From the NCBI GenBank assembly GCA_012295275.1, contig CM022672.1, forward strand, positions 2,542,001-2,606,000: DNA of 64,000 bases, read 5' to 3'. Positions within the stretch are counted from its first letter, which is position 1. Each line of letters starts with the position of its first letter. Positions 11,111 to 25,220 of this stretch are shown here, in pieces. Under the pieces are notes generated by a model that was not told where the DNA came from, did no database searches, and saw only the letters and a list, made by a program, of their open reading frames with translations. Source of the DNA: Chrysomallon squamiferum. Its lineage: Eukaryota; Animalia; Mollusca. The translations under genes and the position numbers were made by a program.

Positions 11111-14100
11111 CGAGATCATCACGAAACTTCTGAATATGCTGCGTAGAAAAAAACAAAAAAACAAAACAATATAAATTTAATAATAAGACAAAAAGAGAAA
11201 AAATGAAGAAAAAAGATTGAATAGAAATGAAGAACAAAACAAAATATAAGTAACAAAGACTGACTATGCTATTAACTATTAATCAATTTCAGTGATAAAA
11301 ATATATTCATTTATTTATTTTTATTTTTATTTTTTTTATAAATTTTCAATTTTCTTTTCTCGGTTAATGTATTCTGTGTTCCTGGATGAACTCCCTGCGC
11401 GGGCGTTCTCTGCAATTTACTCTGGCATTGATATATCATCTCGCTTTGCAATAATGCGCTTCCAATGTGTTTACGGCTTAAGTATATTGCCGTATTTCGT
11501 ATTGACCGGTATTTTTCGGGCACACGTTTAAGTCCATGGAAATGTCGTACTTTTCACTTAAGAAAGCTTCAGATGTGGCAAATGTTACCAGCGTCAATCC
11601 AAATGGCTTTCTACTCAGGCTTTATTTAATAAAGAAATAAAATCCAGAACGGTTCCTGAATCTGCATCATGAGCACTTAAAAATTCTCTTAATGTCCTTG
11701 TTTCTTTCACAACCGTGGAAGAAACTTCATTATTCAATTTTAGGAATTGTATGCTTGATAATGGTTTAGTGAGGACAGAGCAAGCTGATGTTTTTAAGAT
11801 TTATTATTTATAATTTATACGATTTTGCTCAATGATTTACGAAGGTTGCCATTGCAAGCCTGATTTAGAAAGAAAGAAGAAAATATAAAAAGCAAAAATA
11901 AAAACAGAAGAAGAGGAAAATAAATAATACAATACTTTCAAAAATATAAATACCAAAATTAAGAGTGGTTTAAAATGTACGCCCGAAATGTATACCAAAC
12001 GCCAGTGGGGTACTCTAACAGAGTATAAATATAAATATTTTCTGTATTATTAGACATTCCTCACTATCAACAGTACTTTTCTAAAAACGATCACATGACA
12101 AAATGTCATTTTTTAAATAATACCCTGGACATTGTTATTTTTGTTTTGTTTGACACTTACTCCTATCTGTAATTGTTATTGCTGTCGTCACTGTCACGTT
12201 GATATTGAATTGCTTTCTGGAGCGGCTAAAACCTTCTGTTAATGGATTTTAAATCAGCACAGTTATACGCGAATTAAAATCCAGATTGAGGTTGCGTATT
12301 TAAAAATTATCACCTGACAAGCAGCTACTTCGAAATCACTAAATCGCTGAAGTGTTATTAAATCGAATTTTTCCACTTTTATGTCCCATGCAATACTCAG
12401 TCTGAAAACAACAAAAGAGACAAAAAAAAAAAAAAAAAATTCATTGTTGCGGAAATAAGTAACAACAGTGTCAGTTTGTTTACTTGGAACTGCGTCACTG
12501 AGAACATATTTTAAGTATTCAATGAGTGGCTTGTACGTGCGTGTTAACGACGAAATAACCTCGTTGTTTGTTTACAAACAAGGTGAAGGAGGATTGATTT
12601 AGCGACGTTCAGATGTGACTTGTTGCCAGTGGGACAGCGTAAAACAGTTCACTGGTTAGATCAGTCGTCTGCGGTATTTCGTTCTGCTCAATCAGTTCTT
12701 CTATGCGTTAACCTTTTAATATAATAGCACACACGTGACCCAGTGATCAGACCCCACGGTGTCACAAACCACATGATCAATCTTTTACTTTGTTTGCTTT
12801 CTGTATGACCAGGTAGAGTCAGTTACATCTTTCGCCTTTGTATTTCGCATCATAAGACCAAGTAGCTATTTCTGTTACATGCAAATGGTAAATGCTTTCC
12901 TATCGACTAGAAGAAGATACTTGTCACATATCTTTAGAAAACCCATGAGAATCAACCTCCGTGACGCTTAGACTTTAGTGAGGCAAAGATCTTAGATCGA
13001 ATTGTGATACAGACACCAATAAAGTATTAATTCATGTTTTTCCTCATATCTCATTTCAATACTTCTTAACACTGTTTCATAAGCGGTGTTAGAATTAACG
13101 CTAATGGAAAATAATTTGATGCACTACAACCGATATTGTGTTCCTGTGAGGCCAGTTGACCGTCTGACTGACAATTAAGTAGACTCTAGACATTTATTCC
13201 CATACGTTTCAAGCCAAATTTCATTTAGTATGGGTTTGTTTATGCGAATCTGGAAAATTAATATTTTTTTTTCTGTGATTATTTCTTTAAAAATTATGAC
13301 AATTTGTCCGTGTATGAAAATAATTAATTTGAAACAGATTTTGTGTTTAGTATTCTTTTATCAGAGTACACTTTTATTTAACAGATTTGATAATCTAAGA
13401 TAATTATAATATCCATACCAACGGTGGCCTGATTATAGTAAATGATATCGAGTATTAAATTTATGATCGATTTTAGAATATATCTTATTTTATTAGTATT
13501 TCTCATTTTAGATTCTGCATACAGAATAAACATTATTTGTGTAGGATTTCTAGAGTTTCAAATGTTAATAATATCCGTCATCTTAAAATATTTTATCTTT
13601 ATATTTTTGACACACTCATGAATATATCATGCTTACTGCTCAATACTTTCTTCTTTTTTACATTTAAAAAAAAAAAAAAATTAAATAAATATTCTAAATG
13701 CTGTATTCAGTATTTATTTTAGTACAGTGGATGCATTTTGAAATATATAATCTTTGCATCATTTATTTTTTCTTAGGAAGAATTTATAAAATCCATAACA
13801 TTATGTTTGTAGATTTCTTAGTCTCAAATACTGTATTTCTATTAGGGAATTCTTTATTTTAGTTCATTTTGCAAAACTCAGAAATAGTATTTCTATCGCA
13901 GAATGTGACACTGACGTCTTGCAAATAACAAATGGTTTATGCCTGCCACCAGTAATTGGAAAAAAAAATACATAACTGATATTCCACGAAAACTGCTTAA
14001 TTTTAAAAACACATTCCAGTTTTTATTTATTTTACAATGAAGATAAGAAGATGAAAAAATAATATATGAAGACGAAGGAAATGGAAATCTTTTTTTTTTT

Positions 14101-15069
14101 TTTTAATTTTGAAAAGCAGAATAAAAAGAGGAATGTCTGGACTAAATGTGATGACAATGCTAAGATGATGATTGATAATGATGATAGTGTTGGTGATGAT
14201 GGTTATGATGATATCTGTGAATAGTATAACGAATTTTTCAGTGGCAGCGGGTATATCTGATTTTGATGATGATTGTTACAGTCATGATGTGCTGGTGATG
14301 ATCATAATGTAACATATACAAGGCAATTACACTTTCTTTAACTCGTTCTTTCATACAAACTAGTAATTCCACATAGAACTAGCTTTCCAGTAGTTATTAT
14401 GATGATGATACGATTATGACGATGATGATGACTGTTGTAGGCTATAATAAAGATGATGGTGATGTGGTGATGGTCATGAGCACGTTGATGATGATATTGT
14501 TGTTACTGATTGTAATGAAGACGTTCACACTACTATGTTATCAGTAAAGTCACCACACCCTCTATAAGTACATTTTCCTACACAAACTCTTCATGTGACC
14601 ACGAATATACTTCTTCGATTTTTCTGAAGTCTGCGTTTTAGTATCACCACACAAAAACATCCCCCGAAAGGACCAAAATCTAAACAAGCAGGAACAGAAC
14701 TGTAGTCTTTGCCCATTGATATTACTAAATCATCAGTGAAAAAGAGGAAACAAAATCATGTTTAACAATACCTCGACAAAAACTGTTTAGCCTATGACCG
14801 TGGTGTTTCGTGGTTTATGATTACTCAGATCTGGAGCTAGCAGGTAAAAACACACGCACGGATGCCATTACAACGGCGATTTCTTCCGATTAGCAAACAG
14901 ATCCTTTACATATAACTACTACCTCTGACCATTAAGCTGAATACTACGAATTTTTAAGCATTCACTGGAACGAAGAAACAGTTCAGCGAGCATCTCCAAG
15001 ATGTATCGGTTACCATAACCACTCAGTGACAAAGGCGTGTACAAGTATTTTCCCTCGTCATGTTTGTAG

Positions 15070-15330
15070 CACTACGATATAGTAATTATTTAACATGTGA
15101 TAATGTTAAAGTCATTTACAGTAAAGATTATGATAATATTAAAAATATTTGTACTAAAGTAACTAGTTAAAATTTGATAATATTAAAATAATTTTCAATA
15201 AAGTAATTTTTAAAGATATGTTAATATTATTATTATTTACTGTATAATAATTATTTAAAGTATGATAATATGAGAGTGTTTTACTATAGAAGTATTTATT
15301 TAATACATGATATTTTAGAATTTTATATTG
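15070..15330. repeat. Degenerate AT-rich minisatellite, period about 44 bp
   Basis: A TGATAAT-like anchor recurs near 15131, 15175, 15219, 15263 and 15309 with similar flanks (approximately aagtaattatttaaagtatgataatattaaa). Confidence 0.65.
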
Positions 15331-16245
15331 TAAATTAAGTAATGATTGTATTTTAACTTAATGATTGTATAATATGTATTTAAGATTCACGAAGATACCT
15401 ACTATAATGTAATTATTAAAAATTAAATAAATATGAATTTCATATATTTACTATAAAATCATAATGTGCCTAATAGTTTAAAATAAAAATAACTGACATA
15501 AACTGATCAACCCCCAGAAATTATTTTTACCGAAAATAACCTTGGCAAATACAGTAACAAAATTAGTTCATTAATCTCCATATAATCTAGTATATTTAAT
15601 GTGACTGCGAACAGTATTACAATATTCAGAATAAATTTAGCATGATTTAAAATACACTAATCGGTGTATATTTATGAACCTTCGTTGTGAACGATATTTT
15701 TATTATTTAAACTCATCATCTCATATTTAATGCAAAGCATTTACTCGAAGTAAAATAATGAACGTATAATCTTATATATCTAAAATAATTACTTAACGTA
15801 ACTATGATAAATTTAATATAAAGATAAATTTAATATAAAGATATATCTAACTTAATTACTTAAAGTAGCTATGATGAATGCAATATGAAGACATTATTTA
15901 AACTAAAATAATCAACTTGACAGTCGTCACATTTGTTTCTCTTACGTCTTCAGTTGATCAGGCTTTGCGCTGAAAAATACATTGATCGAAAATGAATAAA
16001 TAATCTTCAAACGTACATTACTGTCGACGTCCCAGTCATTAAAGTATTTGTTTTTCCATGGCTAGCAGCTGCTGGTGGACTCTGCTCGATCTAATGTGGG
16101 TGGTGTGTGGTTAGCGAAGATATTAGAGAGAAAAACACGGTTGTCGTGTAACTAACGCATAAATTAAGATAGTTTAAAGTTATGAAAGGTAAAGATGTGG
16201 CTTTGTTGTTATTGTTGTTCATACTAGGGTTGTTGCTGGCTTTAT

Positions 16246-16539
<294 letters not shown>

Positions 16540-17065
16540 ACGTGTTATTCTGGTTGACGTGTGCACTTATTTGTGTGTGTATTGACTAATATTTTAACTG
16601 CAGCTGTTTGATCAGTTCGTCTGACGCCCACTTAGTGAAAGGTCATTTGTTAAAACTCGTGAAAGTAATGTCTCATACGTGTACATTAAACCGAGGATCA
16701 AAGGTAAAATGGACAATACCAAGAATAAAACCAGTAACATAATGTACAGTATCGAAAGATATATCTGAATACAAAAGAAAGTCAAGGGTTAAGAAAGAAC
16801 TGAAAATGTTGTTGGTTACGATAATATGTGGATTATTATTGTTAATAACAATGATAATATTTGAATGCGCAAGTTTGTGATGTTGCTGGACAGAGAAAAT
16901 CATAAGGATAAATAAAAATCACATATTTAGATACAAAGATGTTAACACTGCATGGGATTGGTTATGCATACAGAATCAAATACAATATAAAATGTAAAGA
17001 AAATACATTTGCCAGTACAATCATAACCATCAATAATAAAGTTCTAAATATTTATAATATTCTGA

Positions 17066-17146
<81 letters not shown>

Positions 17147-17779
17147 TGAAAGTATGTTTGTGAATCCTCATCTCTCTCTGTCCATATTAAATTATGATAA
17201 TAATAAAAATGCACATATGATTTCAATGCTGTGAATAGGCTTATTTATACCGTGGATTAGATTACAGAAATTAGAGATGTTTATAGATATTTCAGATCTG
17301 CCGCAGACCATTTCTAAAAGGAATAAACTAATTTCTCGATGCAGTACTTTCCAGACTAAATGTGTCGACTGCGTTAATTCCTCGGCTTTGTCAAAGAAAT
17401 CTTTGTTTAAGAGAACAACGTATGGGCTTTTAGTCCAAAAGACACAATCTAACGCATGGAATATTTTATTATTATTATTATTATTGTTGTTGTTGTTGGT
17501 GGTGGTGGTGGTTAACAGCGGCAAACGTGAAATGATGGTTGCCGTAGTAGCTTCTGCAAACGCCGTGGTAGTAGCAACTGACCTAGCCTTAGTAGTAACA
17601 GAATTGACTAAGATTTAATCGTGGCAGTTACAGCAGCAATGGTGGCACTGGTAACTGTTTTAAGTAGCTGTAGCAACAGTAACAGTAATACTACTGGTTA
17701 CTATTGTACTCGAAGATAGATTGAAAATTATTTCTTCAAATTAATTCCGTCTGTATGATAGAAAAACACACAGACATTC

Positions 17780-17866
<87 letters not shown>

Positions 17867-18199
17867 TAAAAAATAAAAAGTAGTTCTAACGCTAACAAAT
17901 AACATACAAAGACTTAGTCCATAAATCTCTTCGAGAATTATTAGTTAGTTTTTCTTTGTTTCCTTCATTTTCTGTTGTTTTTTTTTCTTCTTCTTTTTTA
18001 TTTTTTATTTTTTTATTATTTTTATTTTTTTGATTTGTTGTTCTGTTTTCCTCACTGATTATTCTAGAAATTCGTACAATTTTTTCGAAAACCCGGTACA
18101 AATATTCTGACGTAACACTATTTACCAGATATTGCAGAGTAAGATTTTAACGAAACCAGGAGAAATATTTCCCGGACTATATTTAGTTCTGCTCAAACA

Positions 18200-18650
18200 G
18201 TTGTGTCCCTCTCGGTTTGTTACGAAACCGCCCGAGCACACAAACGAACACTGAGTCAGCATCTTTCGTTCCATAAACTGGGATTTCCCCAATGTCTCTC
18301 TTTATTTATATTCGAAATATTTTGGACGTTTGCCAGGCTCGCTTTATGTTGCAAAGTTTTCGCCCACCGAACCAGTTATTTACAATCCACTGTTATCAAT
18401 CACGCGGACTGCCAGGCGTAGTATTTTTAGGGAATCGGGTGAGCCGCGTGACCTTGCCACAAAGCAAAACTACAAGTGGTCCATGAACTCATTTGTTTAC
18501 GTCACGTGATCTCTGACGTCGATGCAGTTTACCTAACAATATGTTCGCGGCGTTTGTATTGTTTGTCCTGACCCGAATCCAGCGCTAGGCCTGACGGAGT
18601 ACAGCTAAGTACAAGTACAAATCCAGGCGATTGGCCGGCATCGTTTTAAC
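18200..18650. promoter_or_regulatory. CpG-rich promoter/enhancer-like island
   Basis: Motifs: NF-kB GGGATTTCCC (18280-18289), NR5A/ERR-type TGACCTTG (~18449), overlapping Fox TGTTTAC, CRE-like TTACGTCA and E-box TCACGTGA (18494-18510), TGACGTC (~18514), and reverse CCAAT (ATTGG ~18630). A poly-A/T tract bounds the island. Confidence 0.55.
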
Positions 18651-19100
18651 TAAAAAAAAATCTTCTTTTTTTTTTTTTTTTTTTCTTTTTCTTCAGTCTA
18701 CGTCAGTCAGTTGCTGGTCCGGTTGTTACCAGGAGCTTTCGTAGAAAACGTTCTCTCGCTTTTGCTATTGATTGACGCTGTAATGTGGAAGAGGTGGAAT
18801 AAATCTTTAAAACAGCAATATGAGAAGTGTTTTCGTTACTTCGGTAACTGCTGACACTCGCTCCGTTTTTTTTTTTTTTTTTTGATTCTTGGTTATCAGT
18901 AAGGTGCTCTAACCACTTTAAATTTTTAATAGCTGAGAGGGCGAAAATAAATGTTCTTGAAGTTGTGATGTGTTTCGAAGCCATCGTTTCATGATGACGA
19001 TATAATGCGAGGTTTAACTGTAAGTGTTGCACTCTATGCACGTGCATTAAAATGGCTGCTTCTTCGTACATCTGATTTTAAATAAATAGTCTGCAGCGTG

Positions 19101-19140
<40 letters not shown>

Positions 19141-19479
19141 TAAATATATTAACAATCCTCATTTCCCTTCACACCATTTAATAAAATTTTATAATGCAAA
19201 ATTCTGTTAACTGCTGTAATCGTATACTTAACAAAATGTAATAAACGTGTGTTAATGTATATGTTATCGACTGTAAATACTTAGGTGAAATACGTGATGT
19301 ACAGAGGGTAGGACTACTTCATGTGTGTGCACTTGGACCGTAACTCAACACTAGTAACCAATCGATATATCTGATCTAAAACAATGAACGAATAACACAC
19401 GGTGTTACGACCACCCAGTTAATATTAAATTATTTATTACATTTAATTATTTATGTACGTGTGTAGGGAGATAAAGCCT

Positions 19480-19565
<86 letters not shown>

Positions 19566-20856
19566 AAATAATCTCTTCTTTCACAACCTGTTTGAAAGTT
19601 TTGTGATAAACCACGGAGGGCCGCGGATCTACCTACTTTGAAATATTGACAATTGTGTTGATTGAATGTTTCCTTTGTTGATCTTTGCAATATTATTTTG
19701 AAACACACTCAGGCAGCCTGGTGGCAGCTCGCTGTAATTGTTTAATCAATGCAGCAGTTTCCTCACGATAACGCGAAAACTGGGGGGAGTGGAAAAAAGA
19801 AAAAAAAAAAAAAATTAAAAAAAATCCCGTCGGTAATTATTATTATTGTAACCGCTGCTATCTTATAACATAATCTGAAACGGGATATATGAGAGTGGAT
19901 GTGAAACATAAATATATGAAAAAGCATGTGACGCAGTGAATGAATATATGGAAGTAAATGTGACGTGCGACTGGATATGCTATATGAATATATGTAGATG
20001 TATATATGTCTGTGTATGCACATATAATATATGTACATAATTTATATTTCATGTATGTATAAATCTATCCATGCATGAATCCATTGATATATGTTTGTTT
20101 TCGTGTCTCTTTGAATGTTTTTTTTTTTTTTTTTTTTTTGTGTATATAGATGTGTATGCATGATTAAATATCTATATTGAATGCAAGTACTTCCGACCTG
20201 ATTTGAAATATTGTAATTTTAAAGCAAACTGTGGTCGTAAAAGTTTATTTCAGCATCATCCCATTAATGAGTTTGTTTTGGCTCTATTCTTGTAAACAAT
20301 GGAAAGGACAAGATCAGTTCTTGTTGTGCATTTCTGTTAAGATCGGGCTTGCGACTGCTTATAAATTCTGATCTGGTATTCACCCAGCGCTTTTGAAGAG
20401 GCTTTAGGTGGCACGTTGCCTTGCAGCATTGTATTTGGAACTAGACAACGTATTGGGCTTCGTGCCCAAGTTATTCTGTTTGAGGCCTCTCAGATATCAG
20501 AAACACGCATAGACTGTTACAGACTGCTTTTTAAATAATAAACAGTGCTCACTGTTTATCTGCATTCAAAACTGCCGTTTATTACGACACAATGCCCGCC
20601 TGGCTTACGACAAGCTCGAAAAGGCGTCAGGGATAAAATATCCACTAATAGCTTTTAAATGAAACTTTAATGTAATCCTCAAAGCAAAATTGCAAGTCAT
20701 GCGTAAATTGTATATATTTTTTTTATTATTATTATTTTGTTTTCTATCTGTAAGTGAAAGAATGTTTTGTGATGTACATGTTACATTATAAATGATGTGT
20801 TTTCTGTACTCCAGTATTTTTAAAGATTAAACTGAACGATACGTTTTTGCCTTTAC

Positions 20857-20970
20857 CTGGTGACAGCTGACGACTTTGATTTGACATTATTAGTTTGGTT
20901 GGGCTCTGCTATATTGTGCTCGCTGGAAATGCGGACATACGACATGAGTCAGAACCAGAAGGCCCATTGC
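20857..20970 (-). other. Candidate 114-nt exon with possible start MSYVRISSEHNIAEPNQTNNVKSKSSAVT (phase 2)
   Basis: Acceptor ttcgtttacag| and donor CCAG|GTAAAG; the ATG at 20945 is open to the donor. The region also holds AP-1 TGAGTCA and, nearby, ETS CAGGAAGT, so it may simply be an enhancer. Confidence 0.2.
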
Positions 20971-21869
20971 CTGTAAACGAACCATTTATGTAACCAGCCT
21001 CTTCCTTCATTTGTCTTCTTAACTCAATCGTCAGCAGCCATTATCTTAGATCTGAGGACAGGAAGTCAGGTGGTGTGGTGTGGTTTGTCCCACTACCTTT
21101 GAGTCGTCGAGGACGATGATTAATTTTCCTGTCTTCTTATCTTATTATGACGTGTCTGAGCAGAAGACAAATGTAAAAAATAAATAATACATCGGTGTAT
21201 TGTTAGTCATTTAGTGATGTTATGAATAGTCATTTAAAGTTTGGTGTGTAATAAATAGATAATAAACTAAGTGAGACATTAACGTTAGATCTTTAATATA
21301 TTATACAAATTATCAAGCCTTCTTCTTCTTATTATTATTCCTTATATAGTAATAATATATCTAAAAGTCACAAGTAATAGTATATTCAGTCAGATGACGA
21401 AATTTCAAAGTCTGTGTGGCAATTATTATTTAATAGCCCTTATTTAAACCATTGCATTATACCAAACTGAAACACGACCGGGTTCCATTATTAGAGCTGA
21501 TTACTATATAACAAAAACATCAAAAAAAGTCAATAATTTATCATAAATTATGCACGATTAGGATCTGCTCTAGCGACCTCTAGAGATAACCGTGTCGTTC
21601 CCTGGGTCATCGCCATATCGGTGAGCTAAGCAGAACAGTTAAAATTATCTCAGCTGAGGTAAGCATTAAAAATAAACGAAGAGGAAAACCCAGAAATCGA
21701 TGACGAAAAACACTCGTGTGGCGTTTTTGTGTCCACGGCTTACGATAATGTCCAGCTACGTAATACGGTCGCTTGGATACGTTAATCGTTGGTCCACTAG
21801 AACGCGCAGGACAGTTGCCAGCGATGTTATCAGGGAGGGTAATAATTTCCACGATATGGTATTTGTGTT

Positions 21870-21872
<3 letters not shown>

Positions 21873-21954
<82 letters not shown>
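21873..21954. repeat. (TC)n microsatellite abutting the 34-bp satellite
   Basis: Perfect TC run. Confidence 0.95.
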
Positions 21955-21957
<3 letters not shown>

Positions 21958-21959
21958 GC

Positions 21960-24900
21960 TATTGTCTTTTCTTGTGTTTCTTGTTTCCTCTCTATTTTTG
22001 TGTTTCTTGATTCCTCTCTGTTTATTTCTCTATCTCGCTCTCTCTTAACGTGTTTCTTATTTTCTGTCTCTCTCTTAACGTGTTTCTTGTTTTCTCTCTG
22101 TCTCTCTCTTAACGTGTTTCTTGTTTTCTGTCTCTCTCTTCACGTGTTTCTTGTTTTCTCTGTCTCTCTCTTTGTTTTCTCTGTCTCTCTTCACGTGTTT
22201 CTTTGTTTTCTCTCTGTCTCTCTCTTCACGTGTTTCTTGCTTTCTCTCTCTCTCTTTTCGTGTTTCTTGTTTTTTCTCTCTCTCTTCACGTGTTTCTTTT
22301 TTTTCTCTGTCTCTCTCTTCACGTGTTTCTTGTTTTTCTCTCTGTCTCTTCTTCATTGTTTTTGTTTTTCTTTTCTCTCTCTCTCTTCTTCACGTGTTTC
22401 TTGTTTTTTCTCTCTGTCTCTCTCTTCACGTGTTTCTTTTTTTTTCTCTCTGTCTCTCTTTCGTGTTTCTTGTTTTCTCTTTCTCTCTTTCACGTGTTTC
22501 TTGTTTTCTCTCTGTCTCTCTCTCTCTTTCACGTGTTTCTTGTTTTCTTCTCTCTCTCTCTTCACGTGTTTCTTGTTTTCTCTCTGTCTCTCTCTTCTTC
22601 ACGTGTTTCTTGTTTTTCTCTGTCTCTCTCTCTTCACGTGTTTCTTGTTTTCTCTCTGTCTCTCTCTTCACGTGTTTCTTGTTTTTTCTGTCTCTTCACG
22701 TGTTTCTTGTTTCTGTCTCTCTCTCTCTTCGTGTGTTTCTTGTTTTCTCTCTGTCTCTCTCTTTCACGTGTTTCTTGTTTTCTCTCTGTCTCTCTTTTCA
22801 TTTGTTTCTTGCTTTCTGTGTTTCTTGTTTTGTTTCTTGTTTTCTCTTTGTCTCTCTTCACGTTTCTTGTTTTTTCTCTGTCTCTCTTCACGTGTTTCTT
22901 GTTTTTCTCTCTTTCTCTTTTTCATGTGTTTCTTGCTTTCTGTTTCTCTCTTCGTGTTTCTTGTTTTCTCTCTCTCTCTCCTTCTTGTTTCTTGTTTCTC
23001 TCTCTGTCTCTCTCTTCACGTGTTTCTTGCTTTCTGTTTCTTGTTTTCTTTCTTGTTTTCTCTCTGTCTCTTCTTCATGTGTTTCTTGCTTTCTGTCTCT
23101 CTCTTCACGTGTTTCTTTTTTTCTCTCTGTCTCTCTCTTCACGTTTCTTGTTTTCTCTTTCTCTTCTTTCGTGTTTCTTCTTTTTTCTCTCTCTCTCTCT
23201 TCACGTGTTTCTTTTTTTCTCTTCTCTCTCTCTTCACGTGTTTCTTGTTTTCTCTCTGTCTCTCTCTTCACGTGTTTCTTGCTTTTTCTCTCTGTCTCTC
23301 TCTCTTCACGTGTTTCTTGTTTTTCTCTGTCTCTCTCTCTTCACGTGTTTCTTGTTTTCTCTCTGTCTCTCTCTTCACGTGTTTCTTGTTTTCTCTCTGT
23401 CTCTCTCTTCACGTGTTTCTTGTTTTCTCTCTCTCTCTTCACGTGTTTCTTGTTTTCTCTCTTCTTTGTTTCTTTTTTTCTCTCTGTCCTCTTCTTCGTG
23501 TTTCTTGTTTTCTCTTTGTCTCTCTCTTCATCTGTGTTTCTTGTTTTCTCTCTGTCTCTCCTTCATTTCTTGTTTCTCTCTGTCTCTCTCTTCATGTGTT
23601 TCTTGTTTTTCTGTTCTCTCTCTGTTTCTTGTTTTCTCTCTGTCTCTCTCTTCATGTTTTTTCTTTTTCTTGTTTTCTTTCTCTTTCTTTCTTCACGTGT
23701 TTCTCTCTTCACGTGTTTCTTGTTTCTTTCTCTCTCTTCATCTGTTTCTTTTTTTTCTGTCTCTCTCTTCATCGTGTTTCTTGTTTTCTCTCTGTCTCTC
23801 TCTTCATGTGTTTCTTTTTTTCTGTCTCTCTCTTCACGTGTTTCTTGTTTTCTCTCTGTCTCTCTCTTCATGTGTTTCTTGTTTTTCTCTCTTTCTCTCT
23901 CTTCTGTTTCTTGTTTTTCTCTGTCTCTCTCTTCATGCTTTCTTGTTTTCTCTCTGTCTCTTCTTCTGTTTCTTGTTTTTTCTGTCTCTCTCTTCATGTG
24001 TTTCTTTCTTTCTGTTTCTTTTTTTTTTCTCTCTGTCTCTCTCTTCACGTGTTTCTTGTTTTTTTTCTCTCTCTTTCTCTCTTCATCTGTTTCTCTTGTC
24101 TTTTTTTCTCTCTGTCTCTCTCTTCACGTGTTTCTTTTTTTCTCTCTGTTTCTCTTCTCGTGTTTCTTTTTTCTTCTCTGTCTCTCTTTCACGTGTTTCT
24201 TGTTTTTCTCTCTGTCTCTTCTTTGTGTTTCTTGTTTTTTCTCTGTCTCTCTCTTCACTGTTTCTTTTTTTCTCTCTGTCTCTCTCTTCACGTGTTTCTT
24301 GTTTTCTCTCTGTCTCTCTCTTCACGTGTTTCTTGTTTTCTCTCTGTCTCTCTCTTCACGTGTTTCTTGTTTTCTCTCTGTCTCTCTCTTCACGTGTTTC
24401 TTGTTTCTCTGTCTCTCTCTTCACGTGTTTCTTTTTTTTTCTGTCTTTTTTTTCTGTCTCTCTCTTCATCGTGTTTCTTGTTTTTCTCTGTCTCTCTTCG
24501 TGTTTCTTGCTTTCTCTCTCTCTTTCGTGTTTCTTGTTTTCTCTCTGTCTCTCTCTTCACGTGTTTCTTGTTTTTCTCTGTCTCTCTCTTCACGTGTTTC
24601 TTGTTTTCTCTCTGTCTCTCCTTCATCTGTTTCTTGTTTTCTCTCGTGTTTCTTGTTTTTTCTCTCTGTCTCTCTCTTCACGTGTTTGTTTTTCTGTCTC
24701 TCTCTCTCTGTTTCTTGTTTTTCTTGTTTTCTCTCTCTCTCTTCATATGTTTTTTTTTTTCTGTCTCTCTCTTCGCGTGTTTCTTGCTTTCTCTCTGTCT
24801 CTCTCTTCACGTGTTTCTTGTTTTTCTCTCTGTCTCTCTCTTCACGTGTTTCTTGTTTTCTCTCTGTCTCTGTCTTCACGTGTTTCTTGTTTTTCTCCAT

Positions 24901-25160
24901 TCTCTCTTCGCGTGTTTCTTGCTTTCTCTCTGTCTCTCTCTTCACGTGTTTCTTGTTTTCTCTCTGTCTCTCTCTTCACGTGTTTCTTGTTTTCTCTCTG
25001 TCTCTGTCTTCACGTGTTTCTTGTTTTCTCTGTCTCTGTCTTCACGTGTTTCTTGCTTTCTCTCTGTCTCTCTCTTCATCTGTTTCTTGTTTTTTCTCTG
25101 TCTCTCTCTCTCTCTCCGTGTGTTTCTTGTTTCTCTCTGTCTCTCCCTCTCGTCTTCGTC
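21960..25160. repeat. 34-bp tandem satellite, consensus TCACGTGTTTCTTGTTTTCTCTCTGTCTCTCTCT, roughly 90 copies
   Basis: Period measured from TCACGTG at 23341 and 23375. Copy number is estimated as length/34. The plus strand is strongly pyrimidine-rich, with A almost confined to the CACGTG position. Confidence 0.95.
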
Positions 25161-25178
25161 CATCACATCTTCAGGATA

Positions 25179-25179
25179 A

Positions 25180-25220
<41 letters not shown>
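25179..25220. repeat. (TAG)n microsatellite
   Basis: Trinucleotide run right of the satellite. Confidence 0.9.
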
